DNA of 61,807 nucleotides, from positions 1 to 61,807 of the IMG/VR virus record IMGVR_UViG_3300018025_000004, one strand, 5' to 3'. This document shows positions 26,930-37,463 of the stretch, in pieces. The stretch is from a virus. The stretch's first letter is position 1. Each line of letters begins with the position of its first letter. The notes below the pieces were generated by a model. It saw nothing but the letters and a program-made list of their open reading frames with translations. It searched no databases and had not been told where the DNA came from. Made by a program: the position numbers and the translations under genes.

Positions 26930-28336
26930 ATGTCTGACGCTCTCGGCACTGGCGCAATCGCTCAAGACGCAATCGGCCAGACTTCCGAGGCCGTCCCCAC
27001 GATCTACACTCTCAGTGCGGTGACAGGCGCGTTCGCGCTGACCGACACCGGCACGACGGTGCTGGAGCTGCCCACCGGCCTCTACACTCTCAGTGCGGTG
27101 ACAGGCGCGTTCGCGCTGACCGACACCGGCACGACGGTGCTGACGCACCTCGTTGGGGGTAGCGCATCTTACACACTCACTGCGCTGATCGGCTCGTTCG
27201 CGCTGATCGACACCGGCACCACGTCCTTGCATAGCAATACCGGCCTCGTGATGGCGGACAACACCAGTATGCTCGACGGGGCATACCCGTCCATGGCGTA
27301 CACGCTCACGTCGTCCGTAACTGTCGGCGGTGCGGTCGCTTACTCGTTTCAGCCGGTCGCCATCGTGACGGACGGGCTGATCGCAACCGCGAGCCCCACA
27401 GTTAGTGCGATCTACGGACTGACATATCAGGAGCTGTTGACGCTCAACAGCATCATCACCGCCGGTTACCCGGTGTCGGTCTCCAGCGGGTTCACGCTGC
27501 ACGACACACAGACGCCGCTCGTGGCGTATCTCATGCTCGAACGTATGGGGTTCCATGACACGCTGGCTGGGGCTGCGACATACGGTCAGGTGATGCTCGA
27601 CCTCCTCAAGATGGGGGACGGGTTCTACAACTTCTTCGGCGGCACCATCGTTGACACGTTGCGCTTGACGGATGGCATGATGCTGACCTACTATGCCAAC
27701 GCAAGCGCAGAGGACGTGGTGCGGTTGACAGACACGTTCGCCAACACCCTATACGTCTCTGCGCTAGTGCAGGATGGTGTCGAGTTTAACGACACCGAAC
27801 TTCTCATGATGATTTACAGCGGCGACCCGCTGCTCGACCGGATCGAGTTGTTCGCGGGCTATGTCGGTCCCGCCGGTGACTTCACGACGTGGGCGATCAA
27901 CACACGCACCAACGCCGTGTCGGAATACGACAACTGGGACTTCAACAGCTTCGCCAAGATGGGGAACAAGTATCTCGGCGCGTCCGCTGCCGGCTTGTTC
28001 GAGCTGAACGGCAATGACGATGCTGGGGCGAACATCCGCGCGCTGGTCCGGTCAGGCATATTCCAAGTGTCGGGCTCGCACCTCGCCGGGTTCAAGGCTG
28101 CGTATATCGGCGCACGGATCAAGGATGACGCGCCGGATGTTTATCTGCGGCTCATCGCGGACGATAACAAGGTCTACACTTACGCCGTCAAAGTGCGTGA
28201 CATGAAGACCTCGCGCGTCGATTTCGGCAAGGGTCTGCGCCACCGCTATTACGCGTGGGAGCTGGAGATACCCGCCGCCGACTTCGACCTCGACACCATC
28301 GAGTTTCTCCCCCTCGTGATGCAGCGGCGGATATGA
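26930..28336 (+). CDS. Structural protein, 468 aa, with N-terminal TGAFALTD repeats
   Basis: Exact 62-bp duplication (27003-27064 and 27081-27142) plus a diverged third unit. The motif is related to the repeats in the gene at 21026..22900. Confidence 0.6.
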   Translation: MSDALGTGAIAQDAIGQTSEAVPTIYTLSAVTGAFALTDTGTTVLELPTGLYTLSAVTGAFALTDTGTTVLTHLVGGSASYTLTALIGSFALIDTGTTSLHSNTGLVMADNTSMLDGAYPSMAYTLTSSVTVGGAVAYSFQPVAIVTDGLIATASPTVSAIYGLTYQELLTLNSIITAGYPVSVSSGFTLHDTQTPLVAYLMLERMGFHDTLAGAATYGQVMLDLLKMGDGFYNFFGGTIVDTLRLTDGMMLTYYANASAEDVVRLTDTFANTLYVSALVQDGVEFNDTELLMMIYSGDPLLDRIELFAGYVGPAGDFTTWAINTRTNAVSEYDNWDFNSFAKMGNKYLGASAAGLFELNGNDDAGANIRALVRSGIFQVSGSHLAGFKAAYIGARIKDDAPDVYLRLIADDNKVYTYAVKVRDMKTSRVDFGKGLRHRYYAWELEIPAADFDLDTIEFLPLVMQRRI

Positions 28337-30930
28337 TTAACCCCCCCATTATCGCAAATATCGGCGGCGCACCGTGCGCTGTCTCGTATGGGATCGTTCT
28401 GCCGCCCGGTCAGACCTCCCCGTCCTCCACGCAAGTGGGGGATGCCGAGGTGTGGCTGCTGCAATATCAGGCAGAGGTGCTGCATCTTGTCGCTGCCGCC
28501 CGCCAGCAAAACCAGCTCAATGAGCTGGGTCAGCGCAGCGCATATGGTGAGTGGGGGCCGGTCACTGCGCTGTATCAGAGTAACCAAGGTCTGGAGACGC
28601 TGAGGCTTACGGTCGCGGTGGGCGGGCATGCCGAGGCCGGCGGGGTCGAGATCGGCGGCGTGTTCGACATAAAGGTGGCCTTCACGGGCTTTCCGTACCC
28701 CAGCATGGGGGCTTACAACACCGGGTGGGCGGATCATTTCCAGTTCAACGGCCCGGTGTACCAGTGCGACCCGGCGTTCTCGCCGAGTGACCCCGGTCCT
28801 CGGTCGAGGTTCGATACGTCGAACGCGGTGTGGGTGTGTGATGCTCCGGTGAAGGAGCCGGACATGAACGCGACCCTCGCAGGCCCGCCACTGCTGGCCG
28901 AGGGTGTGAGGTCACCGCTGCCCCTATACACCATAGAGACCGGGTCGGGCACCACAGCAGCGGTGACCCTTGGCAACCCGGATACGACTGTCGGGATCAT
29001 GCAGCCTGACTGGTGTGCTGGGGTGGGCGGCTCAGCGATCCTCACCACACCGCTGAGCGGGAAGCAGTATTGGGAAGTCGAGATCGTCACACTGCCGCAC
29101 AAGGTGCCGGCCCCGTACAATACGGACCTGTCGGGCTTCACCGTTACGCACACGATAGACAACGGCACGCCACACCCGACCCATGAGACGGTCGCGTACC
29201 ATATCCCCATCGCCTTTTTGACGGTACTACAGCAGGGGTTAGGCTTTCAGGGTAGCTTCACTACCACATGGCCATCCGGGCTGGACGCTTTCGGGTCGCC
29301 GTGTATCGGCATCGTGCCGGGATATTATCTACCTGCCGATATGCTGCCGGGTATCTCTACCGCACCACCACTGCACTTTCAGGACTACACACGGTCGGTC
29401 GGGCTTGACCCCGTGATTGACCCGAAGGGTGACAAGTCCAAACTCGCGCGCTCGATCTACCTAACCCGCACGTCGGCGATTGCGCAGGCTCAGCTTGTTC
29501 CCTCAAGCAGTACGGCAGCACCATCCACCACCATCAATTATCCGGGTGTGTGGGAAGTTCCGGTCGTCCTTGGCAGCGATCAGATCACACAGGCCGAGGC
29601 GTATTTGCAGGCTCAGGTCGATGGCACCGCAGGGTCGTACCCGGCAGGGTCTGCTAGCGCTGCGCTAACCACACTTGGGGTGAGTGACCTTGCGGCATAC
29701 AAGGCAGCGGTGCTGGCGTATAGTGCTGACCCCACACACGCCCCCGTACCAGTTATGCCTGCTGTAGCGTATATCAAGGCCGACCCCAGCACTGGGGTTT
29801 CGACGGTTGAGGCCGGAGCGATCACAGAGCGTAACGGCTGGAGCTTCTGCTGCGCAGATAACCCTGTTCTCAAGGCCCCTCCCGGCGGGACGCTGACGCC
29901 GGATTACGAGGTCGTATATGGGCAGCATATGTACTTCCCGATGGCAGGGGATCGAGGGATTTACCTAGTTACAGGCCTCGCCCCCAACCTCATATACCCA
30001 ACACCGACCACACTTGCAAACATTACCCCTGTCGATGCTGCGTTCGCTGCTGCGCAGAAAAACGGCTACGTGTTTATGGGTATGGCGTCCGGGCCTGACT
30101 TGACTGGCGCTGTCGTTACATCGTCGAGCGGTTCTGGTGCGACGTATTACGTCAATCAGGCATACCAAGGGTGGAATTACTCCATGTATGTGGCTGCGAG
30201 CTATGTCGGTGGCACGGATGCGGACGGTCGCGCGTACCCACGGTACACGTCCGGCTATACAGCCACGATAGTCAGCCAGCCCAGCCCCGGCAGCGATGCG
30301 TACACGGTGTACTACTTTGCGTCGGACAATTATACCACGACGCTCGCTGCGGTGACGGACGTATCTGCGGTGTGGTCAGCTAGCCCCAAGCCGACGCAGG
30401 GGCTGCATAGTGCCGGCTATCACGCCCCCGTCTATGTGGGGCGTGTGGACAGCGTAGCGGATGACACCAAGATCGGCGACGGCACGACGATACCACTGGA
30501 CGGCTCACTCGCCAACGTCGGTCAGACCATGGGGCTGATCGGGCAATTCACCGGCGTTGACCTCGGCCCGCTGGTCGAGGGCGACGTGGTGATGATGGCG
30601 GCGGACACGGCCAGCGGGAAGGTCTGGTTCGGCAAGAACGGTGACTGGTATGCCCCCGGCAGCCAGTACGTCGCCAGCGCCGTGCTGGACGCAACGTCGG
30701 ACGGCCCCGCGTTCGGGACCAAGTGGGCGGCGATCATGGATGGGGGCAAGAACTCGGCGACCCCAGTAACTGTGGACGCGACCACCCCGACGAAGGATCA
30801 GCCGCCGGAGTATTTCCCGGCGGTGGGCTTCCGTCAGGGGCCACTTGAGGCTAAGATACACTACGGCTCCGGCATGAAATACAAGACGCCGAACGGCTTC
30901 ACGATTTATGGCCTGACGCAGGTCGTGTAA
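28333..30930 (+). CDS. Structural protein, 865 aa, with SPRY/B30.2-like signatures
   Basis: ATGA overlap start. LSGKQYWEVEIV near 29059. C-terminal GDVVMMAADTASGKVWFGKNGDWY...EYFPAVGF...IHYGSG..YKTPNGF (30520-30927). Confidence 0.6.
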   Translation: MINPPIIANIGGAPCAVSYGIVLPPGQTSPSSTQVGDAEVWLLQYQAEVLHLVAAARQQNQLNELGQRSAYGEWGPVTALYQSNQGLETLRLTVAVGGHAEAGGVEIGGVFDIKVAFTGFPYPSMGAYNTGWADHFQFNGPVYQCDPAFSPSDPGPRSRFDTSNAVWVCDAPVKEPDMNATLAGPPLLAEGVRSPLPLYTIETGSGTTAAVTLGNPDTTVGIMQPDWCAGVGGSAILTTPLSGKQYWEVEIVTLPHKVPAPYNTDLSGFTVTHTIDNGTPHPTHETVAYHIPIAFLTVLQQGLGFQGSFTTTWPSGLDAFGSPCIGIVPGYYLPADMLPGISTAPPLHFQDYTRSVGLDPVIDPKGDKSKLARSIYLTRTSAIAQAQLVPSSSTAAPSTTINYPGVWEVPVVLGSDQITQAEAYLQAQVDGTAGSYPAGSASAALTTLGVSDLAAYKAAVLAYSADPTHAPVPVMPAVAYIKADPSTGVSTVEAGAITERNGWSFCCADNPVLKAPPGGTLTPDYEVVYGQHMYFPMAGDRGIYLVTGLAPNLIYPTPTTLANITPVDAAFAAAQKNGYVFMGMASGPDLTGAVVTSSSGSGATYYVNQAYQGWNYSMYVAASYVGGTDADGRAYPRYTSGYTATIVSQPSPGSDAYTVYYFASDNYTTTLAAVTDVSAVWSASPKPTQGLHSAGYHAPVYVGRVDSVADDTKIGDGTTIPLDGSLANVGQTMGLIGQFTGVDLGPLVEGDVVMMAADTASGKVWFGKNGDWYAPGSQYVASAVLDATSDGPAFGTKWAAIMDGGKNSATPVTVDATTPTKDQPPEYFPAVGFRQGPLEAKIHYGSGMKYKTPNGFTIYGLTQVV

Positions 30931-30957
30931 CGGTGTCCACCACGAGGATAGTGTTCT

Positions 30958-32841
30958 ATGTCGATGACCCCCGCGTTCCCCGCCATCCCGGTCCCGCCCG
31001 TTCAGGCAGCACCCGGCACGTTTAGCAGCCCGGACACCGTGATCGCGACCGGCGGCCAGATGGTTGCTCTGGCGCAAGACTTCATGGGCCGCCTTGAGAG
31101 TGCGGCCTATTTCACCGCGCCCACCATCAACACGGACCTCCCCACCATCCCGGCGGCTCCCGCGCCTGTCACCGCGCCGATGCCTACGCTCGCGGACGTT
31201 ACGTGGGTCGTACCGGGCTCGCCTGCTGACCTTTCGGCGGTGGTGCCGGACGTGACCCAGTATCTTCCCGGCCCGTTCTCCGGCACGCTCCCCGGCCTCG
31301 TGTTCGGCACCATGCCCATCGTGGATTATGGCAGCGCCCCGGATCAGCCGGCTATCGACCTGAACTTCACTTATCCGACGCTCAATCTCAATCTGCCTGT
31401 CGCGCCGTCGCTCATGAGCGTGAGCGTTGGCCTGCTGGGCGACGTGGTTCTGCCGACGTGGACCGCAGAGATGCCGATCCTGCTGGCGATGCCTCCGAAT
31501 ATCGTGGGTTATGCTGAGGGGGCGATTTACACCTCGACCCTGCTCTCGTCGCTCTCGAACGACCTGAACCTCGCCATCACCACCGGCCAAGGCCTTGTCG
31601 TCGGCGGCGACATTGAGACCGCCATGTGGGACCGCGCGCGAGAGCGTGAGTACCGCCAGCAGGCCGACGCCCTCGCCGACCTTGAGCGCATGGAGGAGCT
31701 AGGGTACGCCTTCCCGCCGGGCATCTACCTCGACGCTCGGATCAAGGTCCAGACCGAGACGAACAACACCATCGCGGGGCTCAGCCGCGAGATCATGGTC
31801 AAACAGGCTGAGAACCTGCTGGAGAACTTGAAGCAGGCGCGCACCATCGCGACCGAGCTGGAGGGCAAGCAGATCGACTATGCAAACCTGATCGCCCAGC
31901 GTGCGTTCGAGAGCGCCAAGTTTGTCGCCGAGGTCTCTGTCCAGATTTACAACGCCGAGGTCGAGGCCTTCAAGGCGCAGCTCGACGGCTACCGCACGCA
32001 GGCGCAGGTCTTTGAGACCCTGCTGAAAGCCGCCGAGACGCAGGTCGAGATATACAAGGCTGAGGTCGAGGCCGAGAAGTTGAAGGTGGACATGAACACC
32101 TCCATCGTCGCCCAGTACGAGGCTTTGATCCGGGCGCAGAGCCTGTTCGTGGACATTTACAAGGCAGAACTTGGGGCTATCGAGACGCAGGCCAATCTCC
32201 AGAAGATCGTGGTGGAAGCCTACGGTGCGGAAATTCAGGCCTATACCGGCAAGATCGGCGCATATTCCGCCGAGGTGAACGCCTACAAGACGCAGATCGA
32301 CAGTCAGCAGGTTATCGTCAGCGCCTACAAGACGCAGGTGGACGCTTACGCCGCGCAGGTGCAGGCCGGGGCCACCAGCGCCAACGCCGTGATCGAGGGG
32401 TACAAGGCCACAGTTACTGGGTACACCGCCCGACTGGACGCCTACCGCGCGCAGCTCATGAGCATGTCCGAGCAGGCCAAGGCGGCGTCCGAATACAACA
32501 CGGCGACTGCGGATGTATATCGGTCGGAAATGTCCGCGCTGGCGTCGTACAATGAGGTCTTGACAAAGCAGTGGCAGGCCGGCATCGAGATCGCCGAGAA
32601 GCAAGCGGAGGTGGCTGTGCAGGCTGCCAAGGCCAACGGCGATCTGTATTTGCAGGCCAAGACCGTAGCGGTTGAGGCCATCAAGGGTGGGGCACAGGTC
32701 TCGGCGCAGATCGGCGCAGCGGCCCTCAACGCCATCCACTTCTCCACCTCGGCATCGTGGTCCTCGGCCATGTCGCAAAGCTACGCCGGCTCGATTGGGG
32801 CCAGCTTCTCGCAGGTCGAGAGCGAAAGCATCAGCGGATAA
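30958..32841 (+). CDS. Coiled-coil structural/ejection protein, 627 aa
   Basis: Long heptad-like region (AYKTQVDAYAAQVQ..) after a Pro-rich N-terminus. SD GAGGA. Confidence 0.6.
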   Translation: MSMTPAFPAIPVPPVQAAPGTFSSPDTVIATGGQMVALAQDFMGRLESAAYFTAPTINTDLPTIPAAPAPVTAPMPTLADVTWVVPGSPADLSAVVPDVTQYLPGPFSGTLPGLVFGTMPIVDYGSAPDQPAIDLNFTYPTLNLNLPVAPSLMSVSVGLLGDVVLPTWTAEMPILLAMPPNIVGYAEGAIYTSTLLSSLSNDLNLAITTGQGLVVGGDIETAMWDRAREREYRQQADALADLERMEELGYAFPPGIYLDARIKVQTETNNTIAGLSREIMVKQAENLLENLKQARTIATELEGKQIDYANLIAQRAFESAKFVAEVSVQIYNAEVEAFKAQLDGYRTQAQVFETLLKAAETQVEIYKAEVEAEKLKVDMNTSIVAQYEALIRAQSLFVDIYKAELGAIETQANLQKIVVEAYGAEIQAYTGKIGAYSAEVNAYKTQIDSQQVIVSAYKTQVDAYAAQVQAGATSANAVIEGYKATVTGYTARLDAYRAQLMSMSEQAKAASEYNTATADVYRSEMSALASYNEVLTKQWQAGIEIAEKQAEVAVQAAKANGDLYLQAKTVAVEAIKGGAQVSAQIGAAALNAIHFSTSASWSSAMSQSYAGSIGASFSQVESESISG

Positions 32842-32853
32842 AGGATATAACCT

Positions 32854-33627
32854 ATGGACATCGGTTCGCTCGTACAACAGAAATACAACATCGCGCAGCA
32901 GGACGCCAACGCGCGCACCACGCAAGTGCAGTCTCAGGCATCGCTCGACGCGGTGCGTGCAGGCCTCATGCCGCAACAGCTCAACAACGAGGGGCTGTTG
33001 CAACGCGCGCAGGCTGGTCACCTCGACGCCCAGACAGGCATGGTCGCCCCTCTGGGGCAGGCCAGCATCGACGCATCCCGCGCGCAGATCGGAGTGGCTG
33101 GCGCACAGACCGGGCTGCTCGGCGCACAGACCGGGCTGCTCGGCGCACAGACGGCGTCGGCCAAGCTGGACCTCCAGCCCATGAGCCAGCCGATGATTGA
33201 CGCTCTGAGCGCGGCGCACGCCGGGCGCATGGGCACCAACGCGCGCCTCCCCGGCCAGCTCGGGCAGCCGTCCTCGCTCCTCGAAAAAAACCCCGATGGC
33301 ACGCCTAAATACGGTGCGGTGAGGGGTTACGCGTCTGGCACGTCCGACGTCCCCGGCCCCGGCAGCGGCGCGCAGGACAGCGTGCCGGCTGAGCTGGCAC
33401 CGCATGAGGCGGTCCTGAACCAAGGCGCAACGGCGCACCTCGGCCCGCAGCTCATCGACGTGCTGAACGCGCTCGGCGCGCACAAGATGGCCATGGAGGG
33501 CAATGCGCCTCAGACCCCGCCCGGCGGCGCAGCCCCCGACCAGCCCGACGACCAGCCGGCCCCCAAGGCCGAAAAGAAGCCGCCGGGCAAGGGGATGCCG
33601 GCGGCGAAGAAAACAGCCAAGAAATAA
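32854..33627 (+). CDS. Gln/Ala-rich virion protein, 257 aa
   Basis: GAQTGLL repeats. The motif GSGAQDSVPAELAPHEAVLN resembles, from memory, the SD(S/T)IPA.LS.GE.V motif of tape-measure/ejection proteins. Lys-rich tail. Confidence 0.55.
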   Translation: MDIGSLVQQKYNIAQQDANARTTQVQSQASLDAVRAGLMPQQLNNEGLLQRAQAGHLDAQTGMVAPLGQASIDASRAQIGVAGAQTGLLGAQTGLLGAQTASAKLDLQPMSQPMIDALSAAHAGRMGTNARLPGQLGQPSSLLEKNPDGTPKYGAVRGYASGTSDVPGPGSGAQDSVPAELAPHEAVLNQGATAHLGPQLIDVLNALGAHKMAMEGNAPQTPPGGAAPDQPDDQPAPKAEKKPPGKGMPAAKKTAKK

Positions 33628-33645
33628 TTTCCGGCTTTTTCCGGC

Positions 33646-33671
33646 TGACGATCAGTGGAAGCTGATCGTCA
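33646..33671. terminator. Bidirectional hairpin between the convergent arms
   Basis: Perfect 10-bp stem TGACGATCAG-TGGAAG-CTGATCGTCA. It lies where the plus-strand and minus-strand blocks meet. Confidence 0.6.
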
Positions 33672-33768
33672 GGTGGGCGAAGGCCCACGCCACTAGCCAG
33701 CCGCAGCCGCACACGACAGCCAGAAAACCGATCACCGCGAGCGCGATAAGCGGCCTCAGATCGGGCAT
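33652..33768 (-). CDS. Possible 38-aa hydrophobic peptide
   Basis: ATG 11 nt after the primase stop. The sequence PLIALAVIGFLAVVCGCGWLVAWAF is TM-like. No clear SD. Confidence 0.25.
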   Translation of the reverse strand: MPDLRPLIALAVIGFLAVVCGCGWLVAWAFAHLTISFH

Positions 33769-33779
33769 ACCGTAATCGC

Positions 33780-36758
33780 TCATTTGTCTGTCCCTGTTTT
33801 GGTCATGTCCGTGCCACCGATCACCTTGAGGTCGTGAGCCGACAGGCGTGGAGCCGTAGTTCCTGTGGTTGCGTTGGTCACGGCGGTGGTGATCTCCTCC
33901 GACCGCTTTGCAACCGCCTCATGGTCCATGTTGACCACGTAGGTGTTGACGCGACCACCCTCCAGATACGAGCCCTCGGCGAGGCTCTTGCGCGTCATGC
34001 GTAGGATCACCCCCTGCTCGATCAGCGCGTCAACGAAGTCGCGGCGAGGGTATTTGCCCCGTTGACAGAAGCGGTGGAACGCGTCCGTCGCGAGATAGAG
34101 CAGGTTCTTGTGCTTCTCCAGCCGCGCCTTGACACTCTGGTGCGTGGGCAGCTTGAGGTCCACGAGCACGTTCTTACCCGCATCCACCAGCACCGTGCCA
34201 TGAACGACCTCACCAATGCAGTCGTTCAGCGCGGCGGCGGGAGAGATGTACTCCTCAACCAATATCCCGCGCATACGGGGCAGCATGATGTTGAACGCGT
34301 AGTCACGCACGGCGTTGGGCTCGAACGACAGCAGCCCCAGATGCTTGGCGATGCGCAGCCCCAAGACGGTGCAGCACACAGAGATAGTCCAGAAGCGCTC
34401 GCTGACTTTCAGATTATACTTCTTCTCAGCGTTGGCCACGAGCTGCGTGAGGGTCTGCTTCGCCCAATCATACTGCTCCATCGTGTAGATGATGACGGCT
34501 TCGCCGATATGCCCATAGTTCTCGGCCAAGGTTTGCATCATGATCTCGGCCTGCAAACGGTTCGACGTAGCGGGCGGGATATTAAGCTCGATCACACGCA
34601 TGGAGGTGGCATCGCCGACCTGCGAGCCCTCGGCGAGGAGGGCGTGCAGGCTGCCATTGCCAGTCGAGAGGATCAGGTTCGCCTTCGTGTCGTTCGCCTC
34701 ACCGCTGGAGCCAGTCGGTTTGATAAGTGAGCGGTTCGCTTGCAGGCCCAGACGTGCGCGCGGCTGCGACACTTCGTAAGCGAACGACCGCGCTCCCTCA
34801 GGGAGAAGGCCGGACAACTCATCCACACCGAACGGCAGGCTATGTAGGGCGAACATACACTCGGATCGTGCCTTGGGGGTCGCACCCACGTCCTTGGTGG
34901 CGTTGAGATAGTTGGCTCGCGGGTCGCCGAAGAAACCCATCGCAGCCATCAGCATCGCCGACTTGCCGCCGCCGGAAAGGCCGCTGGCGTGGACGATGGC
35001 CCCATGCTGCCCAGTCATGTGCATGAACAGCGAGCCCAGAGCCGCACCAATATAGAACTGCTGGGGTAGGTATTCCGGGCGGTTGTAAAACTCCATCGCC
35101 GAGATTTGTTCTTCGATGGTGCCGGCCTTGCCCAGACGCAAAATCTCAGCAAAACCGGCGGTGTTGCCGCCGTACTGCACCGGGCGCTTGGAGCCGTCGC
35201 GCATGATCTTGGTGTGGCCGAGCGCGAAGGCCTGATAGTTGTCGATCCAGCCCATGTGTGTGTGCTGGGCTTCTGGGGCGGTGTCCCGCTGGAGCTTCCG
35301 AATGTACGCGACCATGAAAGTCTGCACCAGTTTGATGTTTGCGGCGTCGATGTAGATTGAGAGATCGGCGAGTGCCTGTACGAGCTTGTTCAGATCATAG
35401 ATCACACCCGACGCGAACACCACCATTTTTGGTTTTTCGTTCGGAACGTAAGCGCACCATACGTGCTGGTCGTTGCGTCCGTTGCTGTCGGTCTGGCGGG
35501 TCACCGGAAAGAGCTTGTATTGGAGCACGTTCTGCCAGAAGGTTTTCTCGCCCTTCTCCATGCGGATGGCAACACCCTGCTTGGTCCACGCGTAAGCCTC
35601 GGGTAGCTCCGGCGGTTCCACAGTCAGCTCGGCGTCACCACCCATTGAGAGCTGCATCGCCGGTGGCGGCTCGTTGGTGATCTGCGGCACATACGGCGCA
35701 CGCACCGGGCTGGAGCATACACCCCAGAGCGGGCACTTACCGCATATGTCGTTACCCGACTGGTCGTTCAGTACGTTGCATGTGGTCGGGCCAACGTGAT
35801 GTTTGTCCTGATCGGCGAGTTTCTTGTCCACATACGCAGCGTCATACTCAGGATAGTCCTTCGCGGACAGCTCGTGACACTTCTCCACGCCATCGGAGCA
35901 CTTGCGCACGGCGGCTATCAGCTTGTGCCAGTAGGTATATGTGATGCCGCCACCCACCTCGGCGAAGTGACGGAACTGCCCGCACACCTCGGCGACCTGA
36001 TCGAACGACGGGACTTGCCCGCTAAACTCCATGGTAGTGTTGGACCCGAGACCCCCAGTGTCGCCCGCAGTAACTGTGAACGATGCGTCAATGTCGGTCG
36101 AGATGCCGGCTTCCTCGCACGCATCGTAGAGCGCCTGATACAACTCGTCGGGTTCCGTCGCCACGCCGACGTGCTTCACGACAACAGGGCGAGGGGCCGT
36201 CTGCTTGAAGTTCAATGTGTTGGGGATGCGCAGGACCGACGACTGGTCCTTGATCCGCGCGCGGTCGGCCTTGAAGCCGTGGTGAAGTACCAGCCGGTAC
36301 AGCAGTGTGGCCGAGTACAGCCAGCGTTTTGTCGAGATGTCACGCGTGAACGGCCAGTAGACGTGCACGCCCCCACCGGAGCCCACGAGTGTGGGTTCGG
36401 GGAAGCCGATAGTCTTGCAGAACGCTTGAAGCTCGGAGACGGCCTCACCGCGGGATGCGAACTTGTGGCCGCCGGTGCCAACGTCAAGGTCGAGAAACAG
36501 GCAGCGCGCGCGGGCCATGTTGGTCTGCGCGCGCTTGCCCTTCTTCAAGTTCTCCTTGAGCGTATGGATGCAGAAGTACACGTCAACCGTTTTGCGCAGT
36601 AACTTGGCTTGCTGCACGACCTGCTGGATGTCGGTACGAACGTAGTGTCTATAGCCGGAACACTCTTTACCGTTATCGTCGGTCCACTTGACTTGCACGG
36701 CAAGGCAGTAGTTGCCTTCATCCGGCCACACGGATTGCAGAAATTCCAGCATATTCAT
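33780..36758 (-). CDS. Primase-polymerase (AEP) fused to an SF3/D5-type helicase
   Basis: N-terminal FLDLDVG and SGGGVHVYW prim-pol motifs. Walker A GLSGGGKS at about residue 595. 992 aa. Confidence 0.8.
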   Translation of the reverse strand: MNMLEFLQSVWPDEGNYCLAVQVKWTDDNGKECSGYRHYVRTDIQQVVQQAKLLRKTVDVYFCIHTLKENLKKGKRAQTNMARARCLFLDLDVGTGGHKFASRGEAVSELQAFCKTIGFPEPTLVGSGGGVHVYWPFTRDISTKRWLYSATLLYRLVLHHGFKADRARIKDQSSVLRIPNTLNFKQTAPRPVVVKHVGVATEPDELYQALYDACEEAGISTDIDASFTVTAGDTGGLGSNTTMEFSGQVPSFDQVAEVCGQFRHFAEVGGGITYTYWHKLIAAVRKCSDGVEKCHELSAKDYPEYDAAYVDKKLADQDKHHVGPTTCNVLNDQSGNDICGKCPLWGVCSSPVRAPYVPQITNEPPPAMQLSMGGDAELTVEPPELPEAYAWTKQGVAIRMEKGEKTFWQNVLQYKLFPVTRQTDSNGRNDQHVWCAYVPNEKPKMVVFASGVIYDLNKLVQALADLSIYIDAANIKLVQTFMVAYIRKLQRDTAPEAQHTHMGWIDNYQAFALGHTKIMRDGSKRPVQYGGNTAGFAEILRLGKAGTIEEQISAMEFYNRPEYLPQQFYIGAALGSLFMHMTGQHGAIVHASGLSGGGKSAMLMAAMGFFGDPRANYLNATKDVGATPKARSECMFALHSLPFGVDELSGLLPEGARSFAYEVSQPRARLGLQANRSLIKPTGSSGEANDTKANLILSTGNGSLHALLAEGSQVGDATSMRVIELNIPPATSNRLQAEIMMQTLAENYGHIGEAVIIYTMEQYDWAKQTLTQLVANAEKKYNLKVSERFWTISVCCTVLGLRIAKHLGLLSFEPNAVRDYAFNIMLPRMRGILVEEYISPAAALNDCIGEVVHGTVLVDAGKNVLVDLKLPTHQSVKARLEKHKNLLYLATDAFHRFCQRGKYPRRDFVDALIEQGVILRMTRKSLAEGSYLEGGRVNTYVVNMDHEAVAKRSEEITTAVTNATTGTTAPRLSAHDLKVIGGTDMTKTGTDK

Positions 36759-36790
36759 GACGACATCCAGCAGCGGTTATATTGACGTAA

Positions 36791-37429
36791 TTAGAGTTTG
36801 CCGCGCAGGAAGGCCTCCAAACTCGCGTCAAGTTCGGACTGGGTGGTGCTGCGCAGATAGCCGGTGAAGATCGTCGGCCTCGGCACCTCAGCCTCCGGCG
36901 TATGCTTCGCTCCGAAGGTTTTCCCGTCCAGCACCGGCTTCGTTCTGGGCGTAGGCTCCTGCGCGACGGTGTCGCGACGGCCCTCATAGGGGTCACGTTG
37001 GGGGCCGTCGCGCATGTAAGTCGGCTTGGTCTGGGCGTTCGTGGTGGCCGCCTCCCTCATGCACCCGAACTCATCGTAGATCAGGTGCCGCAAGTCGGCG
37101 TCACCGCGCTCGGCGAGGATAGCCTTGAGGAGGATCAGGTAAACGATCATGTCGTCCACGCGGCCAGACAGCGGTTCCGCACGATCACGGACCACACCAT
37201 CCTGAATGTCCTGAACGTACTGCATCACCGCGTCGTGGTGCTTGTTATAGTAGATACTCCAGACGACCTCCATGGGGACGTGCGTCTGTGCCGCATTACG
37301 GCGGAAGTTGGCGAGGCGGTCAGTGTCGCCCGCGTATTCGCCACCCTTCAAGACGCTGAGCTGGTTGATCTTGTCTTGGGTCTGGTCAACAAGCCGGTCC
37401 CATGCCGCGAAGTTAAAAGTCTGCGCCAT
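36791..37429 (-). CDS. DUF1599-like (all-alpha NTP-pyrophosphatase superfamily) protein
   Basis: KGGEYAGDTDRLANFRR...YYNKHHDAV...DDMIVYLILL pattern recalled from DUF1599. SD AAAGGAA. Confidence 0.4.
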   Translation of the reverse strand: MAQTFNFAAWDRLVDQTQDKINQLSVLKGGEYAGDTDRLANFRRNAAQTHVPMEVVWSIYYNKHHDAVMQYVQDIQDGVVRDRAEPLSGRVDDMIVYLILLKAILAERGDADLRHLIYDEFGCMREAATTNAQTKPTYMRDGPQRDPYEGRRDTVAQEPTPRTKPVLDGKTFGAKHTPEAEVPRPTIFTGYLRSTTQSELDASLEAFLRGKL

Positions 37430-37463
37430 CGTAGTTCCTTTAATGTTTTCCGGGGGTTGGGGA

